DNA of 63,325 nt, filler included, from Rhabdomonas costata (Eukaryota): NCBI GenBank assembly GCA_019059605.1. It is 46 parts of 46 records of this genome, joined end to end, with 100 filler letters (N's around TTAATTAATTAA, not from the genome) between each part and the next. Parts side by side here need not be neighbours in the genome. Positions count along the whole stretch, not along the records: positions 1 to 1,279 come from JAHMHO010020869.1; positions 1,380 to 2,658 come from JAHMHO010020870.1; positions 2,759 to 4,037 come from JAHMHO010020871.1; positions 4,138 to 5,416 come from JAHMHO010020872.1; positions 5,517 to 6,795 come from JAHMHO010020873.1; positions 6,896 to 8,186 come from JAHMHO010020874.1; positions 8,287 to 9,563 come from JAHMHO010020875.1; positions 9,664 to 10,942 come from JAHMHO010020876.1; 38 more parts are not named here. The stretch is one strand, 5' to 3'. Of the stretch, positions 1 to 10,192 are shown in pieces. Position numbers and translations under genes: made by a program. Numbering within the stretch: the first letter of the stretch is position 1; every line of letters starts with the position of its first letter. The notes under the pieces were generated by a model. The model searched no databases and had not been told where the DNA came from. It worked only from the letters and a program-made list of their open reading frames with translations.

Positions 1-111
1 TGTGGGTGCACGACATAATCTGATCTCACCTCTTCCAATCTTGTCTCATTACTCATCGGATAATTCTGTTCCTGAAATCATGTCGTGCACCCACCTTGAA
101 CACACCCCTAC

Positions 112-1232
112 CTTCTCAGCTTTGGGCGGAATCCCCTTGATCCGAGCGTAGAACAGAAGGTGCTCCTCCACGGAGAGGTGCTTCGACCACAGGATGTCGT
201 GCTGCGGGCACAGCCCAATGCTCAGATGGACCTCGTGGATCGAGGTGCGGATGTCGTGGCCGTTGACCAGCGCCGTGCCCGACGTCGGCTCGAACATGCC
301 GCACAGCATCGAAATCGTCGTGGTCTTCCCTACGTAAGACACACGAATTCAAAAAGGATACGATGAAATAATAATGGCACATATAAATTAGATGTTGGCA
401 CACCTGAAGCGCTGCCACAGTGCCAATTAACATTTCATTTTGTGCTAGGCCAAAAAGGCGCCAAAGTCCCTAAAAGGCCTTCAGGGCAAGTGTACACAAG
501 CATTCTGGCCCGCTTTGGTGCCAGCTCAAAGTGCCCATCAGGTGCTCCGGCTCCGGCTCCAGTCCCAGGAGGGGCGCATTTCGGAAGTCACCTGGCGAAT
601 AGGGTAAAGCTTTCAGCCGGTTTGCACGCTCCACTCAGTTGTAAGCGCCGTTTCCCGATGAACAAAAGTGCGAGAGGATAAGTTTCTTTTGCACGTGACA
701 TGAATACCCCTCAGAAGGGCGCAAAAAGGTTACAAAAGGACACAGCATCACTTGCAAGACAACAATTGCACACTAGCATTCAAAACAAGCCTGACGCGCG
801 CGGCGAAAAAGCACCAAAAGTAAAAGGCAGGAAGGGGGATGATTCTATATGCCATGACAAGACATGAGGCTAGAAGGCTGCCAAAAGACTTAAAGGAGAA
901 CCAACAGCTCAAGTTGAAATTCCTGTGCAAGGTCCTTCATTCGAGCTACGGTGGTTAAGGGGTTCCGGAGGTCACCCAGAGAATAGGGCGAATATTAGAG
1001 CCCAAACAAAACCGTCTCCATGATGCTGGGTATAAGACTGGCGATGATGGACATCAGTATATGCCTGTACAAAAACACTTCAGAGCTCTTCGCAGAAGAC
1101 AAGAATCAACTTTACTACTTTCCAAAAGCTAGCGATGAGGGTGTGTATGTGGCGCCGCACACCGGCCCCGTTGGGCCCAAGCAGGCCGAAGCAGCAGTTC
1201 TTGTCGATGCCCAGGCTGAGGTGCCGCACGGC
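112..1232 (-). CDS. ABCA-subfamily ABC transporter, nucleotide-binding domain (2 exons, partial)
   Basis: Exons 1232-1163 ([24 protein letters not shown]) and 329-112 ([10 protein letters not shown]...[11 protein letters not shown]...[15 protein letters not shown]) join across an 833-nt GT-AG phase-1 intron to rebuild Walker A GPNGAGKTT and the ABCA CPQHD Q-loop. Confidence 0.93.
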
Positions 1233-1279
1233 GGGGCATCGACAAGAACTGCTGCTTCGGCCTGCTTGGACCCAAAAAC

Positions 1280-1379
1280 NNNNNNNNNNNNNNNNNNNNN
1301 NNNNNNNNNNNNNNNNNNNNNNNTTAATTAATTAANNNNNNNNNNNNNNNNNNNNNNNNNNNNNNNNNNNNNNNNNNNN
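1280..1379. other. Artificial contig-joining spacer N44-TTAATTAATTAA-N44 (first of 45, recurring about every 1.38 kb)
   Basis: Identical 100-nt spacer with stops in all six frames separates 46 contigs of near-identical length; adjacent contigs are unrelated in content and composition. Confidence 0.99.
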
Positions 1380-1880
1380 GGGGGGTGTGTGTGTGTGTGT
1401 GTGTTTGCACGCGCACCAGGATGATTAGCCCAGAACGGATTATCAAAGGGAGGGAGGGAGGGAGGGAAGAGGAACACGTTATCGATTGAACTATTGGAGA
1501 GAATGGGGAAAGACGATTGTATAGGTAGTATAGGTGGGCACAAACACCTCAGGAAAGAACTGGCCCAAATGCTTGAGGATCTCAGCAAAAAATGTCTTCA
1601 GCAAGATTTTTATCAGGGGGAATTCACCAACTTGGGTCGTCGCACCCCTGGGCTCTTATATTCAAACGACCTTTTTTTTCGCCACTTATACTCCAAGGAA
1701 ACCCTGTGAACGCGGTCTCCTATCTTTCCCGAATCAAAAAAAATACACAGAGCCCCGATGATGCCACTCCCTCTGTGTTTGTGTGGGTGTTCTTAGAAAA
1801 ACCAGTGCTGAGTTTGGTCAGGAAATATCTCTCTCGTTCTCGTTCTCTCACACATTCCCCAACATTTCGGCTTTGCACAG

Positions 1881-2658
1881 GCGCGGAAAGCCCGCCTCAC
1901 AGCGGTACCACGCGCCCTCCACGCCCCCCGCCGCAACAGAGGGGCTGGTGGGGGAAGCCAGCACCCCGCCCACAGACCCCACCGCGGCCCTGGTGGGCGT
2001 AAAGGCCCCGGGGGAGGTGGTAGTTGTGGCCCAAGCCACTGCTCAGGCGGACAAGCCGGACAAGGCTGCCGTGGAGCCCCCTGTGTCCCCATTGGGGGAG
2101 GGGCCTCGGACGCCGCCTCCTCCATCCTCAGGTGTTGCGCGGGAGTGTGTGTGGTCAGAGCATTTGGCAAGCCTATCCCATCGATCGGTCCAATTCCAAC
2201 AGTCCAGATCAGATCGGGGGGGGGGGTTTCACTCAAAAAAAGAATTCCCCGCCGTGCCTTGTTATCCATTTAGTGTAAAAGCCCACGGCGCGGCTTAACA
2301 AACGGATGAAGGGGGGGTCATTTATTAATAATGAGATGATTGTTTTTTGTCGAAGTTTTCAAGCACTTGGTTAAGTTAAGTGTGCATCCACTGAATGACC
2401 TTATTTTTGGGTTAGGCATCCTGTACACTGCCCCCTAGATGACCATTACTTAAGTTTAAAATGTTTCGACCGCTTTGCGGTGTTAAACGTTCAGCGCGTT
2501 TTACGAAAATACAACACCTCCTTGTTCAGAAGAGAAAGTACCCGGCTGTGATACCTGCGCCCTAATTATGCGGTGGCATTTCTTCCCTGCTTCGCAGCTC
2601 CCGGTGCAAGCACCCCCGGCCCCAAGGCGGTCCCCACCCCACCAAACACACCCACCAC
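1881..2658 (+). CDS. Pro/Ala-rich low-complexity protein fragment (2 putative exons)
   Basis: AG/GT-bounded GC-rich exon 1881-2131 and a phase-compatible exon from 2598 (APGASTPGPKAVPT); no recognisable domain. Confidence 0.4.
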
Positions 2659-2981
2659 NNNNNNNNNNNNNNNNNNNNNNNNNNNNNNNNNNNNNNNNNN
2701 NNTTAATTAATTAANNNNNNNNNNNNNNNNNNNNNNNNNNNNNNNNNNNNNNNNNNNNGGTTTGGTGTAGAGAAGTGCGCTAGTTTTATTGCCGAATCTC
2801 ATCTTTTAAAGGGTCAGTGAAGGAGAGAGAGTGTTTGGGTTCGACTGCCCATAGGTTGCCATTGGCGCGCAACTTCCATGAATGCTTTGCAGACTCCTGA
2901 ATGCAGAAGCTGAATCCAAAGATGACAAGCCTGGACATGAGCGTGGAAACCGATTTGGAAAAAAGCCGGGGGGCACCGAAC

Positions 2982-3846
2982 CTCGTTGTAGTAGGCGAAG
3001 ACGGGGTCAGCCTCGCGAGAGCGGGCCAGCACGTCCTTGACAGGGCCCATGCACATCTCAAAGTGAGGCCTGCGAGGGGAGCGAGCCATAAATTAAAATA
3101 AGCTCCCGTGAAACTGCGGCAGCCACGCCCACGCCCGCACCCTGACAATTCCGTGTGGCACTAAAAGCTTACCACGCGTTCGGGAAAGCTTCCTTGGGGG
3201 TGGGGGCAAGCCTCAGAGTGGATCTAACCTTCCAAAGGGGGAGAAACTGAGGCAGGATGCGGGTCCAAACAATGTGCATGTGTTAATTTCACCCAGCGTG
3301 GACTTTACAAAGTTTTGAATATCCCTCGATCCAACCTTATCAAATGCCACCCCACTGGGAAATCGATTCCATGTATCCCGTACGGCATCCTTCTGCCTCC
3401 CAACCCCTCCCCGCGTATTATTTATTTTCAAATTCGACTACATTCGCATCGGATCCGATGGAATGCTCACACAGGCGGTACAGATCACACAAAGTCCTTT
3501 TCTTTCTTTTTCGCGTCCATCCTTCTTTATTATTGGACCAGGCACTGCCTTGAAAGCGAAACGCAACTCTCGAACCAATGATCTGCCACTGCAAACCTTT
3601 GCCATACGGACAGATCGGCAAATCCTGCGGCCGTCAAGGCTGTGCCTTTCGTTTGAAAAATCACAAAGAAGAATGAGCCACCCAGCAGACAGACCAACAG
3701 ACCAACACAATCAGCGGTCCCCAGGGGAGAGACCTGTTCAAGCGGGCGGTGCGGACGGGGGTCTTGGCCACCACATCAGCGACGGTGTTGTGGTTATGGA
3801 TGAACTCCAGCTCCCCAACACAGTCCCCAGGCCCGAATTCGCACAC
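2982..3846 (-). CDS. PKAR: Protein kinase A regulatory subunit, C-terminal CNB-B domain, trypanosomatid-type (2 exons, partial)
   Basis: Exons 3846-3734 and 3069-2982 splice (phase 2, GT-AG) to VCEFGPGDCVGELEFIHNHNTVADVVAKTPVRTARLNRPHFEMCMGPVKDVLARSREADPVFAYYNE, closely resembling the recalled trypanosome PKAR C-terminus (GELEFLNNHANVADVVA...KLNRRHFEMCLGPVIDVL...YEYY). Confidence 0.88.
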
Positions 3847-4256
3847 CTGAGATCAGATGAAAGCATCACCGAGCATGGCAAAGGGTACGCGTTATCGCAG
3901 AAAGCATAACGAGCGGTTTGCCGGTGGAAAGTTGAACGGGTTTCTTCGCATATTGACGACTCCGCCCAAACTGACGAAAATGTCACCGATATGAGCAAAC
4001 CAACTGTGGAAACGGCGGCCGCTGCCCCCCCCCCCTTNNNNNNNNNNNNNNNNNNNNNNNNNNNNNNNNNNNNNNNNNNNNTTAATTAATTAANNNNNNN
4101 NNNNNNNNNNNNNNNNNNNNNNNNNNNNNNNNNNNNNGTGGTGGTTGAAACGCTGACCTTCCACGCTGTCCAAATTGGGAGAAAGGACTGAAACGAGTCC
4201 TGCGCTGTGTCCAAAACTTCGCCGTGTGCCGGTTTGGCTGTTGGGCTTCCTTCCAG

Positions 4257-5303
4257 AAAGTTGTCCGCGAGCTTCGGCAGCAGAGCCAGCTAAAGCAGCA
4301 GATGGAGCGGATCTGGGCCGACGCAGACCCCAAAGATAAGAACGAGCAGTTCTTAAGGGAGTATGTTTCGTGTATTTGGGGGATTTCTGCTTTTTCGAGC
4401 GGATCCAAGTGCGAGCGGGCGTGCCGATTTCCTTTTTGCACCACTGGTCATGTGGTTTTGGTTGAGCTTGACTTAATTTGGTATTGGTATGGTTTTGTTT
4501 TGTTTCCGTTTAATTTGGCCTCGTCTGAAAATTTTACCTCCCTATGTGCACCACCCGTGGTCACAACCCTTCTACAGTAATCCCTGCGACGGCTTGTATG
4601 CAACAGGTTTTTCTGCAATGAGGGCTGGCTGCCGCGGAAGCAGACCTCCGCTTCCTCTTCCGGCGCCGCTGTTGCATCTGAGGATGCAGAGGTTAGCGAC
4701 GTTGTCCCTGGTGCATTCTCTGAAGACAAATTTGATGATCTCTTTGCTCTCCCTCTGTGACCGGAGTGTCCTGTCACCACGGAAGAGAATATCAAGAAAG
4801 GAAGACTGAGGGCGGGCGCCGGGCAGCACTCGCGTGACGTTGCATTGTGTCTTCCGTTTCGCAGTTGCAATACACCGGCAGCTCTACTAGAACCTGGGGT
4901 TGGGTTATCTGCATTCAGTAGGAACCCCATTTCCCTGTCTTCGTCTTGCCGTTTGGGCGTTCCCTGACTTGTTTTACTTGCGCAGAAACCCGACGTGAGC
5001 GCAGCGGAGCCGATCCAGTTCCGGCATCAGGAAGCGTATGATGCGTTGTCTGAAGCAGGGGGGCGGGAAAGGGAGGCATCGTTTCTGGAATTGAGAACTG
5101 AGATTTTGCAGGTTTTTCCAGTGTAAGTGTTTTTGTCCCAACCCATGACAGTGCAGTTCAGTGCAGCGCAGTGAATGGCGCTGTAATGGCACTGCATGCG
5201 GCTGTTGCGTGCATCTGTTTCCCCCTTGCTTCAACTACTTCAGGGCATCTGCACCGGCGACTAAGACGCGGTACGCAGAGGCTTTGGCGTCCTCCGTCCG
5301 CAG
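4257..5303 (+). CDS. KRI1: KRI1-like 40S ribosome biogenesis factor (4 exons, partial)
   Basis: Exons 4257-4360, 4607-4691, 4986-5035 and 5244-5303 are all GT-AG and phase-compatible. They give EQFLREFFCNEGW and IQFRHQEAASAPATKTRYAEALASSVRR, matching KRI1 motifs ExFLRDYILNKxW and YNFRFEEP...YPRSIASSVRR. Confidence 0.75.
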
Positions 5304-5650
5304 GTTCGTGGCAAATGACTACTCCCACCCTTACCACCCACATCATACGTTCACCTTTCACACTCGCTCATCATTCATTCGCTGGGCAGTGGGTAAAGGC
5401 GATCGGCCACCAAACCNNNNNNNNNNNNNNNNNNNNNNNNNNNNNNNNNNNNNNNNNNNNTTAATTAATTAANNNNNNNNNNNNNNNNNNNNNNNNNNNN
5501 NNNNNNNNNNNNNNNNGTTGTTGGTGGTATAATTAATATTAACTGACATACATTTTGTCCTTATTTATAAAGTAAATATTAATGTCAGAATTGCTGTAGA
5601 ACTTTGGGGGTTGATATAGCAAAACTAACACATCTAAAAAAAACATTTAT

Positions 5651-5678
5651 AAAAACGCTCACCTTTTTTAGGTGGGCG
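5651..5678 (-). terminator. Putative Rho-independent terminator
   Basis: Minus strand CGCCCACCT-AAAAA-AGGTGAGCG hairpin (one mismatch) followed by TTTTT, about 80 nt downstream of the two AT-rich minus-strand ORFs. Confidence 0.5.
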
Positions 5679-5758
5679 AATTCTCTTTACTAATTACTAA
5701 CTATTAAAATAAAACATTACTTAATACTATCTTATTGGTCTTACTAAAGCAAATTGCT

Positions 5759-6118
5759 TTACGCTATCTTCTCCTTTTCAATCGCCTCAAATTCAACAGG
5801 TTTATTCTGTAGATAACGCTGTATTAAATCTGAGGCTTCTGAGGGTGTTGAGATTTCACCTATATAGTTAATTCGATCTACTACATTAATACCAAAAGCA
5901 CAGATTAAATCTTCGCTGAGCGAGTTTAATTCTTTCTTCGATAAAAGCAACATACTGTAGCGTCTATTTGTGCTTGGAACTTTAAACGGTAGCGATATAA
6001 TTTTTTTATCTTGTTCTTTTTTCAAACACCTCAAATTATGCTCTAGAGGTGAGAACCGAATTAAGTAAAGCTTATAAAGTTCCGATTGTGTTTCTTTGTT
6101 ATCTATTATGTTATCCAT
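5759..6118 (-). CDS. Hypothetical protein, prokaryote/phage-like (119 aa)
   Basis: Intronless AT-rich ORF whose ATG overlaps the upstream stop by 8 nt (ATGGATAA), an operon-like layout. Confidence 0.55.
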   Translation of the reverse strand: MDNIIDNKETQSELYKLYLIRFSPLEHNLRCLKKEQDKKIISLPFKVPSTNRRYSMLLLSKKELNSLSEDLICAFGINVVDRINYIGEISTPSEASDLIQRYLQNKPVEFEAIEKEKIA

Positions 6119-6662
6119 TGCTGTATCTTCCCTGACTGTTTTGGTTGATGTTAATTAATTCATTAAAAACCGAAGTTCCTTGTTGAATACAAGTTGCTCC
6201 TAGTTTTGATACTGCTAACTCTACAAATTTCCTACACTTTTCTTGTTTATTTCCGATAACTATCCATTCTTCTACAGTTGGAAACAACTTTGTTATGTGT
6301 TCTGCTACGTGAGGCAGGTTATAAACATCCAAGCCGATTACTACTGTAGCTCCTGTTTTTTCATGGATTTTTGCTCCAACAACATAACCTTCACATAAAT
6401 AGGCTTTAGTTTCATTCCCTTTTATGTAGAAAAATCCACCCTGTTTTTTGCAGCCTTTTTGAAATGAGCAATTACCATTAATGTAAAAGCATTGATAGGT
6501 ATATGGTGTTAATTCGTCTAAAATAGAATTGCTGGTAGCTTTATAAACAGGCATTAGTATTACTCGTTCAGAATTTACCCTTAAGCCAAACGATCCCACT
6601 TTGTTTCTCGCAAAGAATGGGTGAGTTTTTGTAGCTGGCGTAGAGATTGCCAATACTTCCAT
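6111..6662 (-). CDS. Degenerate Toprim-domain primase-like protein (plasmid TraC / phage type), probably 5'-truncated
   Basis: KGCKKQGGFFYIKG...YLCEGYVVGAKIHEKTGATVVIGLDVYNLPHVAEHITKLFP...WIVIGNKQ follows the Toprim primase pattern (EGYATAxSIxEATGxxVxxAFDAGNLxxVA...IIIAADND). The frame stays open upstream to the fold-back near 6724. Confidence 0.7.
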   Translation of the reverse strand: MEVLAISTPATKTHPFFARNKVGSFGLRVNSERVILMPVYKATSNSILDELTPYTYQCFYINGNCSFQKGCKKQGGFFYIKGNETKAYLCEGYVVGAKIHEKTGATVVIGLDVYNLPHVAEHITKLFPTVEEWIVIGNKQEKCRKFVELAVSKLGATCIQQGTSVFNELININQNSQGRYSNG

Positions 6663-7482
6663 TGCTTCTTGTATAGGGTCAACATATCCAGAAACTGGCA
6701 GTACATTTGGTTTTAAGTTTAAAGGTAAATTCTGAACGAGTAATACTAATGCCTGTTTATAAAGCTACCAGCAATTCTATTTTAGACCAAAAACANNNNN
6801 NNNNNNNNNNNNNNNNNNNNNNNNNNNNNNNNNNNNNNNTTAATTAATTAANNNNNNNNNNNNNNNNNNNNNNNNNNNNNNNNNNNNNNNNNNNNTCCTT
6901 CGCGGTCGCGATGAGGGCCGTCTTCACCAGCCCCTCCATCCTTCTCCTGGGGCTGTGCCAGTCCCTATTTGAGGTGCCGACTCGCCTCCCATCTCCCATC
7001 TCCGTCTGCTAGCCTGCCTGCGCACTGTGCCCTTCTTGCATTTCTTGTTGCACCACCCCCCCCCCCCAAGCATTTGGTTCGACAGTGGCTTACCGGTATG
7101 ATAGAGTTTTTTGCTTACGTGTGAGCGAAAGGCCCGCCAGTCTGATTCTCGATGCATGGACCAGGGGAAGCGCATGGCGCTGCACTGCCAAAGGGGTCTG
7201 CCGCAACATAAAAATGAAGGGCTGGTCCATTATAATTCTGGGGACCATGAGGGGTCCCCTTAATTTCTCGTGCTGTGGTGGTCTTGGTGCCAGTGAAAGG
7301 AGAGCATTCGTTTGCGTGCTATGGGTCCGCCAACAAATTAGGAGTCCTCTTTTGCGACTTTAAAGAGCTATCCCTTGAACTCAAGTTGCGCGCGTGGGCA
7401 AGGGCGGTTTCGGACAAGTTCGGCTTGTTCGTCGCTTGCCCCGAGGAGACACTTGTCGTATATGGGGGGAGTGGGTGCGTTG

Positions 7483-7908
7483 AACGTTTAGCACTGCTAA
7501 ACGTTTAGGTCAGAACGCAAGGGCGATGAACGGTTCCCAAGAGATCGCAATACAAAAGGGATTCGACTATTTTAGGTGGGAAGGCCAGCGCCGCGGAGGC
7601 CAGTCCGCGGAGCGGCCGGAGCGGGCGCATGGGACGTTCCAATGGGGTGGGCGATGCTCCGTTTAGCACTGCTAAGCGTCTAGCGGTGCCAAACCTCCGT
7701 ATCAGACACATTTTTTGGGATGTTATTTTTAGTACATAGAGGTTAGGTAAACTGTGTCAACTATCTCTAAATGCATTTTTTATACCAAAATGGGGTTATT
7801 TAGACCTAGTAATACTGGTTTTCCCCTTAGACAGACATATTTAAAATTGAGGGGGTCAGGAAATTGTGACTGTTTAGCAGGGCTAAACGTTTTGCGGTGC
7901 AAAACGTT
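7483..7908. repeat. Cluster of related short palindromes (GTTTAGCA-C-TGCTAAAC family)
   Basis: Perfect AACGTTTAGCA-C-TGCTAAACGTT at 7483-7505, with variants at 7660-7678 and 7872-7908. Confidence 0.7.
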
Positions 7909-8661
7909 TAACGCCCCCCCCCCCTCAAAAAATACAAGAGGCTCTTTGGCTCTTTTTAAACGTTGTATTCATGGGGAGAGATGTCCTGTCTGAAGCGAGA
8001 TAAAACCCACTGGATGCGTGCTCTTTCAACTCGGTTTTCCTTTCTTGTGCGGAGCCACAACTGTCGAGGGAGGTGAGCGGTAGATGCCACCCTTGCGTCC
8101 TTTGTGTTGAGGCTTTACCGCGTTTGTTCCTGTTATTCAGACGATTGTGGAGAAGGATAACCCTCAGCGAGCCCCTACCAACCCCCNNNNNNNNNNNNNN
8201 NNNNNNNNNNNNNNNNNNNNNNNNNNNNNNTTAATTAATTAANNNNNNNNNNNNNNNNNNNNNNNNNNNNNNNNNNNNNNNNNNNNGTTGGTTGGGTAAC
8301 CTGAAAAACTTCCTCAGGACAGGTGGGGGATGCTCTGCTGACCCTCTGGAAAGCTCTGTGAAGGAGTTTCAGTGGCGATGGGACCTTCTGCACAACTCCG
8401 GTAATTTTTTTTATTTTCCATCCGGCAACATTGGAGTGGTGGATAAAATTTCTCTTTGATGTTCACCCATTGCCCATTGCTGTGACACAGGCTCATGAGT
8501 GAAATGTAAACAAGAAAAAAAAAGCAGAAGCAGAAGCAGAGCAGAGAAACAAACGACTCCGCCCAGGTCTTTGGATCTCAGGCAAGTTTGCTCCTTTTCG
8601 GTCGATCAGTTGAATGGTACAGGGCAATAAAACTGCCGGCAATCTGCACGCAAGGAATGAC

Positions 8662-9389
8662 CTGAGCAGCCTGTCAGCGAGAAGGTCCCGTTGGAGGCAT
8701 TGCACGCCACCGTGGGGAACCCACTGAAGCCGGACGCGCAAGACAGCCCCCCACAGCTCGCCGCAGGCACGGCGCCCTGACAGCTGTGGCCGTCGTAGCT
8801 GTACCCCGCGGGCAGCAGGGTGGGCAAGGTGCACGAAGGCCCTGTGTGAGCAAAGAGAAGGGCATAAGGCAAATCCCAATCCCGTTGATTGAGGACTGCG
8901 GACGGAAGAGCTGGGCTCCGGCTGCTTCTCTAATGCGAGTATGCGTATGACACACAGGGACCACCGGGGAGGGGGGATATACCCACAGTCTGCAGAACAC
9001 AACTAGTGTGCTTGGTTCACAAGATGGCCGGATAGTGAGGTACACCTCACCAATACACTCACACACACACAACAAAAGCAAATTCAAATTGGGAGCGATG
9101 GCACAGTTTGACCAATCCCCTTTACACTCTACCAGTCAGGGGACCGAGATGCCTTGGCAATAGTTATCTCACCCTACAGAAGGTTTGGGCCGACTGACAG
9201 CCCACACCTTCCACAGCAACACGGGCGAAGGTCAAAGAGCAACGGCTGGAAATGTTTTGTGGTAGAACTTGTGAGGACACACACCTGTGCAGCAGTCGGT
9301 GTCGTTGCATCCGGACGAAGGGCACGGCGTGGTGGCGTTTTTGGCCACGTAGCCCGAGGGGCAGGTGTAGTTCGCACAAGTCCACCCGG
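8662..9389 (-). CDS. Cysteine-rich modular extracellular protein (2 exons, each one module)
   Basis: Exon 9389-9285 (105 nt, GWTCANYTCPSGYVAKNATTPCPSSGCNDTDCCT) and exon 8841-8662 (180 nt, GPSCTLP...AGY...SC...SC...SCASGF...VAC...FSLTGCS); both AG/GT-bounded, phase 1-1, six Cys each. Confidence 0.72.
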
Positions 9390-9715
9390 CTGCACAGAAG
9401 AAGAGAAAGCCTCAAGCACACCTATTGGTGGCACAATGAAACGCAACCACATCCGACCCTTTCCCAAACACACCCTGCCACATGAAGATGGCGCGTTATG
9501 CACAGAAATGGCGCGATCTACATTTCATTTCCGGCCACCACCAAAACGACCACACCCAACACANNNNNNNNNNNNNNNNNNNNNNNNNNNNNNNNNNNNN
9601 NNNNNNNTTAATTAATTAANNNNNNNNNNNNNNNNNNNNNNNNNNNNNNNNNNNNNNNNNNNNGTTGTTGGGCTTTTGTTTGTAATTTCGCTCTGCTTCT
9701 TACTTCCTAATACAG

Positions 9716-10192
9716 GGAGGTTGCTGCGGAAACTGCTCCGGCCGCCTCAGCTGCGGAGGAGAAAGCTGCTGGGCCTTCCGCTGGGAGGCAGAGCCCCGTC
9801 CGGCACCGGCCGTACATCTTTCGTGGGGAGAAAGTGTGGGTGCGGATTGGCTCTCACCCCTGGTGGCCCGCTCAGGCAATGGCGGTGTGGGCACTTGTGA
9901 GCCTGAGCGTGTCTGCCCCTCCGTCCCTCCGTCCCTCCTGCCCTCTCGTCATCTTGACCTCTTGACCTCTTGTTTGCTTCAGCTTCATTGAACAGACCTC
10001 TGGACATTGCCTGCTGTGGACGTGGAGGTTGCCGTGTATCTCCGTCAGTGCACCACTTCTCAGAAATTATGCTTCCCCCCCTCCCTTCCACATCCAGGAG
10101 CGCGACCTGAATATTGTACCCGGGGAGGTCATGGAGGAATTCCTTGCGAGCGGGACGGACACCCTTATGAGGCTGTACAACACGCATGAGTG
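9716..10192 (+). CDS. PWWP-domain chromatin protein (partial)
   Basis: Exon from 9716 reads ...YIFRGEKVWVRIGSHPWWPAQ (PWWP at 9858-9869, likely donor at 9885); exon 10098-10192 reads ERDLNIVP...TLMRLYNTHEW, consistent with the following strands of the domain. Confidence 0.7.
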
